A DNA stretch of 63,946 nucleotides, the filler included, from Octopus bimaculoides (taxonomy: Eukaryota), in NCBI RefSeq assembly GCF_001194135.2. It is 8 parts of 7 records of this genome, joined end to end, with 100 filler letters (N's around TTAATTAATTAA, not from the genome) between each part and the next. Parts side by side here need not be neighbours in the genome. Positions count along the whole stretch, not along the records: positions 1 to 15,652 come from NC_068986.1; positions 15,753 to 34,967 come from NC_068989.1; 6 more parts are not named here. One strand, written 5' to 3'. Under the pieces are notes generated by a model, which saw nothing but the letters and a program-made list of their open reading frames with translations, was not told the DNA's origin and did not search any database. Positions 12,880 through 24,210 of this stretch are shown here, piece by piece. Within the stretch, counting starts at the first letter, position 1. Each line of letters opens with the position of its first letter. Position numbers and translations under genes: made by a program.

Positions 12880-13368
12880 CAGGGTGTCCCAAAAGTCACT
12901 GATGTGTTTCAATTTTTAATAACTTCCTTCACTTTACAAATAAATGCATGAAATTTTGAAACTATATGAAGGACATAAAGGAAATTAATATGCTCAAGTC
13001 AAATTTTGCAACACCACTACATCACATATGAAAAATGACATCGCTTAAATGGCAGCCATTTTCGGCTTCACATACCCATGCTCTTTCCAAAACTTGCACC
13101 ATATCACACAAAAGAGTTTCAAACCCCACTTTTCTGATTTCTCTACTGATGTTCTCTTTCACTTGCACCAAGGTCTCTGATTTTTTTTTTTTATGTAAAC
13201 CCTCTCTTTCAAGTATCCCCACAAAATCTGGGCTCGTCAAGTCAGGAGAACATGAAAGCCAGTTGACATTGCTATAACAGGAGATTATTCTCTCTCCAAA
13301 GCACTTGCTGTAGCAACTGCATTGTTTCTCTTGCAGTATGAGAAGTTGCCCCATCTTGCTGGAACCAT
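12880..13368 (-). mobile_element. Tc1/mariner-superfamily transposon 3' remnant
   Basis: TA followed by terminus CAGGGTGTCCCAAAAGTC at 12880. The minus-strand translation NWLSCSPDLTSPDF...CEAENGCHLSDVIF matches the WPxxSPDLxPxD motif and C-terminus of mariner-type transposases. Confidence 0.8.
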
Positions 13369-13379
13369 GTGTGAGGTCT

Positions 13380-13595
13380 ATGTGTCTGTGTTTGTCCCCC
13401 TAGCATTGCTTCACAACTGATGTTGGCGTGTTTATGTCCCCGTCACTTAGTGGTTCAGCAAAAGAGTCTGATAGAATAAGTACTAGGCTTACAAAGAATA
13501 AGTCCCGGGGTCGATTTGCTCAACTAAAGGCGGTGCTCCAGCATGGCCGCAGTCAAATGACTGAAACAAGTAAAAGAGTAAAAGAGTAAAGAGTA
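13380..13595 (+). mobile_element. SINE family A 3' half
   Basis: GTGTTTGTCCCC...GGCGGTGCTCCAGCATGGCCGCAGTCAAATGACTGAAACAAGTAAAAGAG matches 24010-24210. Confidence 0.85.
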
Positions 13596-13864
13596 AATAG
13601 TAAGAGTGTGTAAAAGCAAGGTTCTTTGAAAATGACCCATTAACCCCAAACATATATTGCTTATGATAAGGATGTTCACTGTTAACCACTCAAGAAATTC
13701 ACTCATTATATTTTAGTACTTAACGGCATCTACTTTCAGATGGTAATTTCTTTACTCAAATTCTCAGAGACTTAAAATGTCTCTTCCATTAATAATTGCA
13801 TTTTCTATCATAATTACACAGACTTCAATGAGTGAAGGTTAACACTCTGCAAAGATCTAACATT

Positions 13865-14075
13865 TTAACCATTTACAGCCCCAAATATTTTACCTGTATT
13901 ATGTTCAAACTGGCCAGATCTGGCCTCTCACACCTACCTGACAATGTCATTCAGATCATAAACAATCACATCATCAAAATCTCAAAGCTATGAGATAAGC
14001 CATGATTAATTCAAAACAATATGAATTTATAAGCAATACGTTTGACAGAGTAATATCTGAATGCTAAAGAGTTAA
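13865..14075. mobile_element. piggyBac-type (TTAA) MITE, second copy
   Basis: Homologous to 6334-6561 (TCAAACTGGCCAGATCTGG..CTCTCACAC; ATCTGAATGCTAAAGAGTTAA). The left end is partly deleted. Confidence 0.75.
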
Positions 14076-14577
14076 ATAAGCAATTGTGGAATTTGTAATA
14101 ACCTTAAGATGCTGTCAAATTATGATGATAATAATTGTGGTGGTGGCAGTGGCAGTTGACGTTATGATGGCAGCAGCAGTGGCAGCAGCAGTGGCAGCAG
14201 CAGTGGCAGCAGCAGTGGCAGCAGCATTGGTGGTGGTGTAATGAAGAGGAATAGAAATAGTGAAGGTAGAAGAAAAGAAAGCGTTTAGAGGTAGATGATC
14301 AATGAAACAGGCTGTATGTATGTATGTTGATATGTAAGTATCATGTGTGTGTATGTTTGTGTGTATGTATGTGTGTGTGTGCATGTGTATGTGTATGTGT
14401 GTGTGCGTTTGTGTGTGTGCATGTGTATGTGTGCATGCATGTGTGTGTGTCTGTGTATGTGCACATGTGTGTGTGTGTGTGTGTCCGTCCACCTATAGAA
14501 GACACACCAAAGCTGTCACTGGAGCTCTGCAGATCCTGTCAAGCTATCCAACCTATATCAGCATGGAAAACAGATAT

Positions 14578-14627
<50 letters not shown>

Positions 14628-15166
14628 TATGGATGGACAAATGGAAGAAAATAGCAGATGTAAGTATTTAATAACAGATTGACTCCCTTTAGGGGACGAA
14701 TGTATCCACATCATCAGGTGTACACAATCAGACTGAAGAGAATCTCTAAAAGTATTTAAATGGCTTGCAAGTGAGAATATTTGGGCTTCTGCTAGTTAGG
14801 TAAGGTCACCTTGGCAAAGCATATTCTCTTGCAACATGGTAGCTGGAGTTTCTGAAATATCAAACCATACAAAACAACAACTACCTGACACCAACATTCT
14901 GTTTGCTTTACCACGTGGAACATAGAAATTAATGACTCACTGTAGCTGCATAGCCAACAAAACATGAACTGACCAATAGAGGCCTCAAATATTCCAGATA
15001 ACCAGAATTAACCAAGAAGCTATTGTTAAATTATTTTAAATTCTCTTCCCTCTAACTCCATACATTTGAAGATGTGATGTGTTCTACATCTACTAAACTT
15101 TAAAAAAATGCAGAGATGAGTCAACCTGGTATCACACACACACACATACACATACATATATGTACA

Positions 15167-15215
<49 letters not shown>

Positions 15216-15249
15216 AAACATGCATGCATGTACACACACACATACATAA

Positions 15250-15603
15250 ATTTGCTTACTAACTGCATGATTCTGGGTTCAGTGCCACTGCATTGCACCT
15301 TGGGCAAGTGCTTTCTACTACACCCCTGACCACTGAATGGATTTGATATACAGAAACTAAAACAAGCACATCGTGTGTGTGTCTGTGTGTGTTTCTTTAC
15401 ATTTGTGTTTGTCCTCCACCACTGCCTTACAAATGGTGTTGGTTTCTTTATGTGTCCCTAACTTGATATTTTAGTGAAAAGAGATCAATATAATAAGTAC
15501 TAGGCTTTAAAACAACAAGCACTAGGTTGATTTGCTTGACTGAACTTCCAAGGCAATATCCCAGCAATGGCCACAGCCCAGTGACTGAAACAAGTAAATA
15601 ATA
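15250..15603 (+). mobile_element. Decayed near-full SINE family A
   Basis: Head GGGTTCAGTGCCACTGC, CORE-like CCTTGGGCAAGTG, short (TG)n, then tail CCAGCAATGGCCACAG..GACTGAAACAAGTAAA. Confidence 0.7.
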
Positions 15604-15607
15604 GAAG

Positions 15608-15652
<45 letters not shown>

Positions 15653-15752
15653 NNNNNNNNNNNNNNNNNNNNNNNNNNNNNNNNNNNNNNNNNNNNTTAA
15701 TTAATTAANNNNNNNNNNNNNNNNNNNNNNNNNNNNNNNNNNNNNNNNNNNN
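15653..15752. other. Artificial scaffold spacer (44N-TTAATTAATTAA-44N). Identical spacers at 34968-35067, 46134-46233, 49053-49152, 53880-53979, 59819-59918, 62847-62946
   Basis: The same 100-bp construct appears seven times. TTAATTAATTAA places stop codons in all six frames, as concatenation linkers do. Confidence 0.95.
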
Positions 15753-17044
15753 AACTTCAGGCCTTGTGCCTATAACAGAAAAAGATTATTACACATTTTG
15801 ATAAGGCTTTGATGTCAGAATTTTTGGGAAAGTAGTTCCACCGGGATGAAGTTATGTTGGTGAAAAGGTGAACAAGATAAGACCAAGGTGAAAAAGTAGG
15901 GGTTACTCATAGCAAGGTCACTTCGAAGAACAGAAACACATACGCATTTGACTGGCTTCGATAGAAATCGTCCAAAACGCAATAGCTTGGTATAATGTTT
16001 ATAGTAACACTAGAAGAGTTGAAGGAAGGATACACTGTGACGATGGACAAAATGTTGCAGCACGTTGTAAAACGAACGGTTTTCCAATCAGACAGATGTA
16101 TTACATCGGTGTGGCATTAAATTCGTGTAATGTTTATAAAAAAACAACGACAGCCCGTTGAGTGTAACACTGGGTGCGAATGACAACTAGTCGTAAGAGA
16201 AGACGTTCTGTCAATGATGTGTTTCAAATGTTTTGTGATATGATCAATGTGTGACAGTTTACCATAAACAAAGTCAGAGAATATTTCATTTTCTGTAAAA
16301 TAATCTTCAATTTAATGATTGCAGTAATTCACACAAACAGTAACAGCAACTACACCGACGACAACGGAAACAACAACAACAACGAATATTTCACAAAAAG
16401 ATTGGAAATTAAAACAAATACAACTCTTGACATTAAACAATATTTCAAGTTAATTTATTTTTCTAAAGTGTTCAGTTAGCAATACTTTTATCGTTCCAGG
16501 TCAAACTATAAATGCCACGAGAAAATCTCGCTCTATAAAAGGGTTAAAGAAGGTGAATAAAACGAAGCTTTGAATCACTAATTGAGATGGACAACACGTG
16601 GACGTATGACAGTAATCTAGATATTTTCCTCAATTTATCTTCCTTATACTTTTACTGAATATTTCCTTTCTCTAATAAATTTATCTCTCGCAAACACACC
16701 ATTTCTAGCGTCAACACCTCATTTCGTTTCTTTCATCTTTTTCAAATCGATAAAATGATCAATCAATCAATTATATGAGAGAAGATGATGATTGTCTCTT
16801 CACTGATCAATCATTGTTGATCAATAAATACGTCAGCTCCAGCTTTGAAAGCTTAAATCGATTTATCACATATCTCCTTTCCTTACCCCCACCACCCACC
16901 CCACCTCTGACCCACCAATGTCCCGCCTCACACTTCAGTGATATTAGCCATAGTTTATCTTGTTTTATACTATAAATCCATTACTTTCCATTCCGTAGTT
17001 AATCATCGTAATCGTAATCTTTGAATATAATCACCCACAATCCC

Positions 17045-17103
<59 letters not shown>

Positions 17104-17313
17104 CCATCATCATCATCATCGTCATCATCATCATCATCATCATCATCATCGTCATCATCATCATCATCATCATCATCGTCATCATCATCATCATCATCAT
17201 CATCATCACCATCATCATCATCATCGTCATCATCATCATCATCATCATCGTCATCATCATCATCATCATCATCATCATCGTCATCATCATCATCACCATC
17301 ATCATCATCATCG

Positions 17314-17357
<44 letters not shown>

Positions 17358-17435
17358 GTCATCATCATCATCATCATCATCATCATAACCGCCCACGTTG
17401 TCGTCGTCGTCATCATCATAAGCATCATCATCATC
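17045..17435. repeat. Long (CAT)n trinucleotide array with CGT/CAC interruptions
   Basis: Directly visible. It produces the poly-His, poly-Asp and poly-Met pseudo-ORFs. Confidence 0.95.
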
Positions 17436-17869
17436 GTTGTTGACGTCTTTGTTACTATTTTTTAAAAATGATTCCGGGACAGAAAAATGGAGTCGCGTGG
17501 TCCAATGGTTAGAGTATTGGACACACGATCATACGGGCGTACGTTCTTGCGAGCCCTAGACTGGGTAGTGTGTTGTGAACTTCATAAAAAAATCATTTCT
17601 TGTCACGTTGCTCCAATTTTCCATGTTCAACTGAACCAACGGCGGCGGGAGGGCCGAGAGGGGTTGTATGTCTCTTGAAGACTGTATAGGCATGTAAAAA
17701 ACAATCAACAAAAATCATAATCCATGCAATCAGGTCAAGCTCACATGCGAGTGACACCCATGTTAGAGCAAAAACAAAGCATTAAAGAAACAACACCTAA
17801 TTTAGCCGGTCCGATTATATCTTCAGTTCAACTACAGCCAATATTAAATTATCACGAGTGGACGGCCAT

Positions 17870-18500
17870 CATGTATGAAAATAAAATCAAATCTGGATTC
17901 ATCTGAGAAAATTACTATCCCAAAATGAACTGGATTTTTCTGACATCTCTTTAGCCCATTTCTTTCTTTTCATGATATTAATTGGTTGAAGGAGAGGTTT
18001 TCTTCTAGCTGCTCGTCCATAATACCCAAGCTTATGCAAATATGTAACACACGTTCTTGGACTAACTTCTAGCTGTTTTGCAATGTCAGAAGCCTTCGAA
18101 CGGAGTTCTTTTCCACAGTTCTCTTCAAACAGCGAAGCTTCATTTCCAAGGTCCCAGGTCGGCCGGGATGAGAAATTGTTAAGTCTTTTCTTTGGCATTT
18201 GAATTGCACTATAATTCTATTAACAGTAGCATGAGGAATTTTAAGATTTTCGGCAATTTTTCGCTGGCTAAGACCAGCCTCAGATTGCCCAAAGATATGA
18301 CCTCTTTGAAAATCTGACAGTTCTGCTGAATTTCTTGTGCGTGGTATGGTTATTCTTTGCAAATGTTTAATATAATGGCACCTGGAATGAAAAAGAATAA
18401 ATATATTGTAAATTTTACAACGCTGCAAACATATTAAGACGCTTACATCAGAAATTTTGAAAATTAAAGGTGTCTATTTACTTCCTACATGTCTGTGTAT
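17870..18500 (-). mobile_element. Tc1-like transposase 5' remnant
   Basis: Minus strand, across frameshifts: ELSDFQRGHIFG..GLSQRKIA (HTH), GYYGRAARRKPLL, FWDS..FSDESRF (first catalytic D). Truncated afterwards. Confidence 0.85.
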
Positions 18501-18631
18501 ATTCTTGTACATCGACTGGGAAGCAAACCTGAAGGATTACCTGAACGGCTCACTCTCAAGCTAAGTTAATTCTTCCGGATGCACTGGATTGAATTTATAA
18601 TAATATTTATGTTAGTCACTGAGTAAATCGT

Positions 18632-19009
18632 GGTACTCCGTTGGTTACGACGACGAGTGTTCAAGTTGATCCGATCAACGGAACAGCCTGCTCGTGATAT
18701 TAATGTGCAAGTGGCTGAGCACTCCAAAGTCACGTGTACCCTTAACGTAGTTTCCGGGGAGATTCAGCGTGACACAGTGTGACAAGGCTGGCCCTTTGAA
18801 GTACAGGTACAACAGAAACAGGATGAAAAAGTGAGAGAAAGTTGTGGTGAAAGAGTACAGCAGGGTTCGTCACCATCCCCTGCCGGAGCCTCGTGGAGTT
18901 TTAGGTGTTTTCGCTCAATAAACACTCACAGCGCCCGGTCTGGGAATCGAAACCGCGATCCTATGACCGCGAGTCCGCTGCCCTAACCACTGGGTCATTG
19001 CGCCTCCAC
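18632..19009 (-). mobile_element. tRNA-derived SINE family B, full-length
   Basis: The reverse complement begins GTGGAGGCGCAATGACCCAGTGGTTAGGG...GGTTTCGATTCCC (A and B boxes). Homologous copies lie at 26640 and 27310. Confidence 0.9.
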
Positions 19010-20262
19010 TTAACAGGCTTTATCTATCATTTAACTTCACAAGGTTATTTNNNNNNNNNNNNNNNNNNNNNNNNNNNNNNNNNNNNNNNNNNNNNNNNNN
19101 NNNNNNNNNNNNNNNNNNNNNNNNNNNNNNNNNNNNNNNNNNNNNNNNNNNNNNNNNNNNNNNNNNNNNNNNNNNNNNNNNNNNNNNNNNNNNNNNNNNN
19201 NNNNNNNNNNNNNNNNNNNNNNNNNNNNNNNNNNNNNNNNNNNNNNNNNNNNNNNNNNNNNNNNNNNNNNNNNNNNNNNNNNNNNNNNNNNNNNNNNNNN
19301 NNNNNNNNNNNNNNNNNNNNNNNNNNNNNNNNNNNNNNNNNNNNNNNNNNNNNNNNNNNNNNNNNNNNNNNNNNNNNNNNNNNNNNNNNNNNNNNNNNNN
19401 NNNNNNNNNNNNNNNNNNNNNNNNNNNNNNNNNNNNNNNNNNNNNNNNNNNNNNNNNNNNNNNNNNNNNNNNNNNNNNNNNNNNNNNNNNNNNNNNNNNN
19501 NNNNNNNNNNNNNNNNNNNNNNNNNNNNNNNNNNNNNNNNNNNNNNNNNNNNNNNNNNNNNNNNNNNNNNNNNNNNNNNNNNNNNNNNNNNNNNNNNNNN
19601 NNNNNNNNNNNNNNNNNNNNNNNNNNNNNNNNNNNNNNNNNNNNNNNNNNNNNNNNNNNNNNNNNNNNNNNNNNNNNNNNNNNNNNNNNNNNNNNNNNNN
19701 NNNNNNNNNNNNNNNNNNNNNNNNNNNNNNNNNNNNNNNNNNNNNNNNNNNNNNNNNNNNNNNNNNNNNNNNNNNNNNNNNNNNNNNNNNNNNNNNNNNN
19801 NNNNNNNNNNNNNNNNNNNNNNNNNNNNNNNNNNNNNNNNNNNNNNNNNNNNNNNNNNNNNNNNNNNNNNNNNNNNNNNNNNNNNNNNNNNNNNNNNNNN
19901 NNNNNNNNNNNNNNNNNNNNNNNNNNNNNNNNNNNNNNNNNNNNNNNNNNNNNNNNNNNNNNNNNNNNNNNNNNNNNNNNNNNNNNNNNNNNNNNNNNNN
20001 NNNNNNNNNNNNNTATATATATATATGTATGTATGTATATATATATGTATGTTATAGTTCTCAATCAATTGAACATATGATCAAGGAAGAGATCGATACA
20101 GTAGCGTTCGTGTGAGGAAACGAGAAAAACGCCTCGTTGTGATTCATCAATTCATCTTCGTTCCCTCTGTTCCCATCTTAGGACATCCTAACACATACAT
20201 CACACATACATACACACACACATACGTAGATACATATTCACACACACACACATGCATACATA

Positions 20263-20309
<47 letters not shown>

Positions 20310-20679
20310 TATCTCTTTCTCATATATATATATATCATTATTTTTCAGTACAGGTGTTTATGATCTGAACGAAATTATTCGGTTAGAGAGTTTACTGGAT
20401 AATATTACAGAAGATTACTCACCTATTCTGGGTATTGATGAGAAATATGTTCAAATTATCATATCCTATTCCTCCTTCCATTCACAAACGATAGATGCGA
20501 ACGATGTTAAGCAGACGATAAGCGTTTTGGCTTTTTTTAATATCTTTTTCTTATTTTTCTTTGTTCTGTAGAAAGTACCATTGACCACCTAGTAACATTT
20601 CAGCTGAATTATGGATTCCATAAACTACTCAGTCTATGAAAAAACTGTTGCTTAGAAACAGTATTTAGAAGGAGAAATC

Positions 20680-21590
20680 CTCCAATGAACGTTTCATTGT
20701 GACAAATCTAAAATTAATCGCAGTTTTGTGGATGTTTTTTTCCTTTTTACACTGCTGTGTTTTCCATTCTTCTCAATGAATGTCACGTCCAAAATGGAGA
20801 AGTTTTCCCAAGGTCTGCAATAACTAGAGTGAAGAGATTAATGAGGAATTAATGAGATTTTTGGAATAAAACTCATGGCAAAAATCCTTCATATTCATCA
20901 CATGTTTTATAACATGTTTTTCTTAATACACCTACTTTAAAAAATGACCTAATCTCACAAGAATTGGTTCGATGTTTTAATCTATTTCCTGTATTGTGTT
21001 ATTGATCTGGAAAAAATCAATAGTGTAGTTGGGACTACCAAACATTTCTGTATCTGATAAATCTATTAACCCCGTTTCAGCCATAGATTATGATATACGT
21101 ACATGCTAAGTACGTTGATTCTCAGGCATTTACAATCGCGACTCCTTTTGGCGATTCAATAATTTTCATTGATCTTTTGTCCATTATTTCATCGGAGTGT
21201 ATTTAACATTTGAAGCTACCTAGCGGAAATATTCCTCAAGATTTTGTTTATTTATTTATTTCTCTATTTATTCATTTTAAGTAAATTTGCAGGAGGTCTT
21301 TAGCGCTTTGCATCATCAGGACCACTTTGTTGCATATGGAAAATTACAGGCTTGGAAGATTTTGATTTCTTAATCTTTTCAGAATTCTACTTCGACTCAA
21401 TTTGTGTTATCCCCTGTAGGATATGATTCGCCGACTTAGGAAACATCATCTTTCACTGTTAAGAACTCACAAGATATTTCTCTGAATTCTTAATAATAGT
21501 CAACTTCTTTTTACTTGTCGGTTCTGGAGAAAAGAACAGTGTCCATGACTTTCGCAAAGCCTTCCAAGAGAAATGAACTTGATTCAGTTA
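20680..21590 (-). mobile_element. Highly decayed Penelope-like element RT remnant
   Basis: Minus-strand FSILDVTFIEKNGKHSSVKRKKTSTKLRL (LDV motif near 20778-20801) resembles the PLE motif LPFLDV..R..F.TSVYRK.T. The rest is full of stops. Confidence 0.45.
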
Positions 21591-21649
21591 ATGATGAGTT
21601 TAGACAATTGTTGGAGGTGAAAATCTAGAGAAAAGACGAGTAGAGTGGA

Positions 21650-21985
21650 TATTCCAGGGAGCTGATAGTCTGGTGGGGAAAGACAAAGCGTAGTGGTTAG
21701 CGTGGAGTCGGGAATTGACACAACAATAGGGATGCGAGTGGGAGAGACGGGATATCTGCAGTGCCAGAGAGGTAGAGATAAGAGCATTTCTCCAGCTCCG
21801 AGGAGCAGATGCCATTATAGTAGCGATAGAAAAGGCACAGAGAGAAAACTAAACACCTTTTTGCCACAGGCAGGAGTGTGTCCGTAGTAACCGACTGCTT
21901 CTCAGTGGAGTGGCCCCTCTCTGGACGGGATCCGGATGACCGATATCTCGACGTGAGAACAATACACCGTCGTGGGACCCGATAA
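21650..21985 (+). mobile_element. Possible degenerate RNase H domain of a non-LTR retrotransposon
   Basis: Frameshifted pieces GADAIIVAIEKA and SVVTDCFSV resemble the RNase H motifs AE..AI..AL and I.TDS.S. Confidence 0.3.
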
Positions 21986-22469
21986 TTTATGAAATAAGAA
22001 GAAATCAAACAACGTTCAATCGAATTATTATATGGAAGATTCACGCATTTACGTCGAGCCCGTATTTTTTCTTTAATTACTCAAACCGAAACAATTTAAA
22101 TTCATTAAAATATCAACATCCTGTTTGGTCATTGGATCCTGTTTGGTCATTGGATCATGTTTGGTCATCGCTAACGTGAACTATTTTCTTTAATATGCTA
22201 AGGGAACAAAATCTTTCAGAGTTCATCTGTCCCTGCACGTTATTGTAGTTGGTCGCAGGTGTAGGGAATAAATTAAGATATAAGCGGATAAAAATTATAA
22301 TTCCTGTATGTTTAGTGACCTTCCTACGACTTGCATTTAGATTAGGATTTTGCTTAATACATTTCCAGGCCACTTTTGAATACTTAGTGTTTGCTATGAG
22401 ACCAAATAGTATGTCCTAGTCCCATTCTTCCTAGCTCTCCTGTGTGACCCTTCTGTCTGGCATTCGCCA

Positions 22470-22680
22470 TGATAGATCGCTATCCACTACACATTCCTTA
22501 TTTTCTCTCCTCGTTTCTTTCTGTGTTCCTTTCTGTGGAAGAGCGTAGGCTCGAAGCGTTAAAAACTTTTTCACTTCCCGAGCGTTAAACTAATACATCT
22601 GTTTGTTGTCTACACCACCTGTCTTCGTCTTTTGTTTTGTTTTGTTTTTTTTGTTTTTTTTTGCGAATTCTCCCCCTATA
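22470..22680 (+). repeat. Penelope pseudo-LTR-like repeat with degenerate hammerhead-like motif
   Basis: CTTT-CTGTGGAA-GAGC GTAG GCTC-GAAGCGTT-AAAA (22529-22564). The ~150 bp around it are shared with 34830-34967. Confidence 0.5.
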
Positions 22681-22752
22681 ACAAAGAATTGATCTTCACA
22701 CTATAAGTGGTTATATGAATACTAAATGCATAAAGTTACAGTATAGCAAATA

Positions 22753-23133
22753 CCGTAAATCCTCGAGTATAGTCCGCCCTTGAGTATAATACGCAGGGGA
22801 TTTTTAGGGGACTGTACCTCTGAAAAACCTAAACCTTGTGTATAATACGCACCCCTTCTCTATATAACGTCCTTGGTTTGTAAACGTATATACGGTAACG
22901 TCCTTTATTATTATTGTATATATAACATAAAGCAAACGTGTAGCATTTTTGTGCACTTTGTTAGCAGAAAATAAAGAAATAACAGTAATAACGTCAGTGA
23001 AAAATAAATATTAAGTAAATTGCCTTTACACTTAGAAAATTTTGCTTAGAAAATATTTTCATCTTTAACCTCATATATAGTACGCACTAGAAATTTTGAG
23101 AAAAAAGTGCGTATTATACTCGAAGATTTACGG
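22753..23133. mobile_element. pogo/Tigger-type MITE
   Basis: TA-CCGTAAATCCTCGAGTATA ... TATACTCGAAGATTTACGG-TA (18/19 inverted match, TA TSD). Internal GTATAATACGC subrepeats. Confidence 0.85.
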
Positions 23134-23766
23134 TACTTGGTCTGTATCCAGTCAATCACTATATGAAGATAATACGATTTGTATTAAAACACCAACGTAG
23201 ATGTCTACATATTAAAGGTAAAACAGTTTGTCAGAACCAATCTGTTCCTTCGCCTCGTTACAATACATTGCGTATACTATATCTTTAACTAATGAGGACT
23301 TCATTATTATCGGATGAAGATAAACATTGATGAACATTGATTCAAGCGGAGCCAAAAGGATACGACTCAGTGCAAGAATAAATAGCCAAATACGAATAGG
23401 AAGGATGTGGTACAAATTTTTTGTTTTGGTTTTGGGGAAGATTTTGTTTGTTGTTATTCTTATTCTTTGAGCGCACAGTAGTTGGACGTCCCCTTGTATT
23501 CTCTCCTATCAGGTAGTGTGCTACTACTGAGGTTGATCAAGCGAAATACTTGAAAACTTTCCGACGGATTTCTCACGCATGTATCACTGTTTGTTTGCTT
23601 CTTTCTTTCTGACATTTATGAGGCAGAGGTTTAAGTCAGAACCAAGAAAGACGAGGCTAATACCACAAGGCATGACTTTCGGATCTCCAGCTTTCTGCCA
23701 ATCCACTCTGCTGATAGTGATGCATTATTTCTGGATATAGAAAGAACAAAAGACTAAATTAATCTT

Positions 23767-23931
23767 GGCGCAGGAATGGCTGTGTGGTAAGTATGTTGCT
23801 TACCAACCACATGGTTCTGGGTTCAGTCCCACTACGTGGCACCTTCGGCAAGTGTATTCTACTATAGCCTCGGGCCGACCGAAGCCTTGTGAGTGGATTT
23901 GGTAGACGGAAACTGAAAGAAACCCGTCGTA

Positions 23932-23993
<62 letters not shown>

Positions 23994-24210
23994 TGTGTGT
24001 GTGTTTGTGTGTCTGTGTTTGTCCCCCTAGCATTGCTTGACAACCGATGCTGGTGTGTTTATGTCCCCGTTACTTAGCGGTTCGGCAAAAGAGTACGATA
24101 GAATAAGTATTAAGCTTACAATGAATAAGTCCCGAGGTCGATTAGCGCGACTAAAGGCGGTGCTCCAGCATGGCCGCAGTCAAATGACTGAAACAAGTAA
24201 AAGAGTAAAA
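23767..24210 (+). mobile_element. SINE family A, full-length (tRNA head, CORE-like domain, (TA)n(TG)n, 3' tail)
   Basis: GGCGCAGGAATGGCTGTGTGGTAAG..GGGTTCAGTCCC head; CC TT(C/G)GGCAAGTG CORE-like motif; internal microsatellite; tail ending (GAGTAAAA)n. More than 10 homologous pieces occur in the window. Confidence 0.92.

Noticed and set aside
15697-15708. TTAATTAATTAA as a biological motif or piggyBac target
   Set aside because: It is always centred in exactly 44 + 44 N, so it is an artificial linker.
17003-17443. Poly-His, poly-Asp and poly-Met proteins
   Set aside because: Pure (CAT)n repeat that is open in several frames by construction.
18940-19009. tRNA genes at SINE heads (also 23767, 27620, 45541, 50390)
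   Set aside because: A and B boxes are present but there is no complete cloverleaf, and each continues into a repeated SINE body.
21693-21887. Ig-like (Dpr/DIP-type) domain start RVGETGYLQC
   Set aside because: It lacks the conserved Trp and the second Cys region. Other frames fit a decayed RNase H better.
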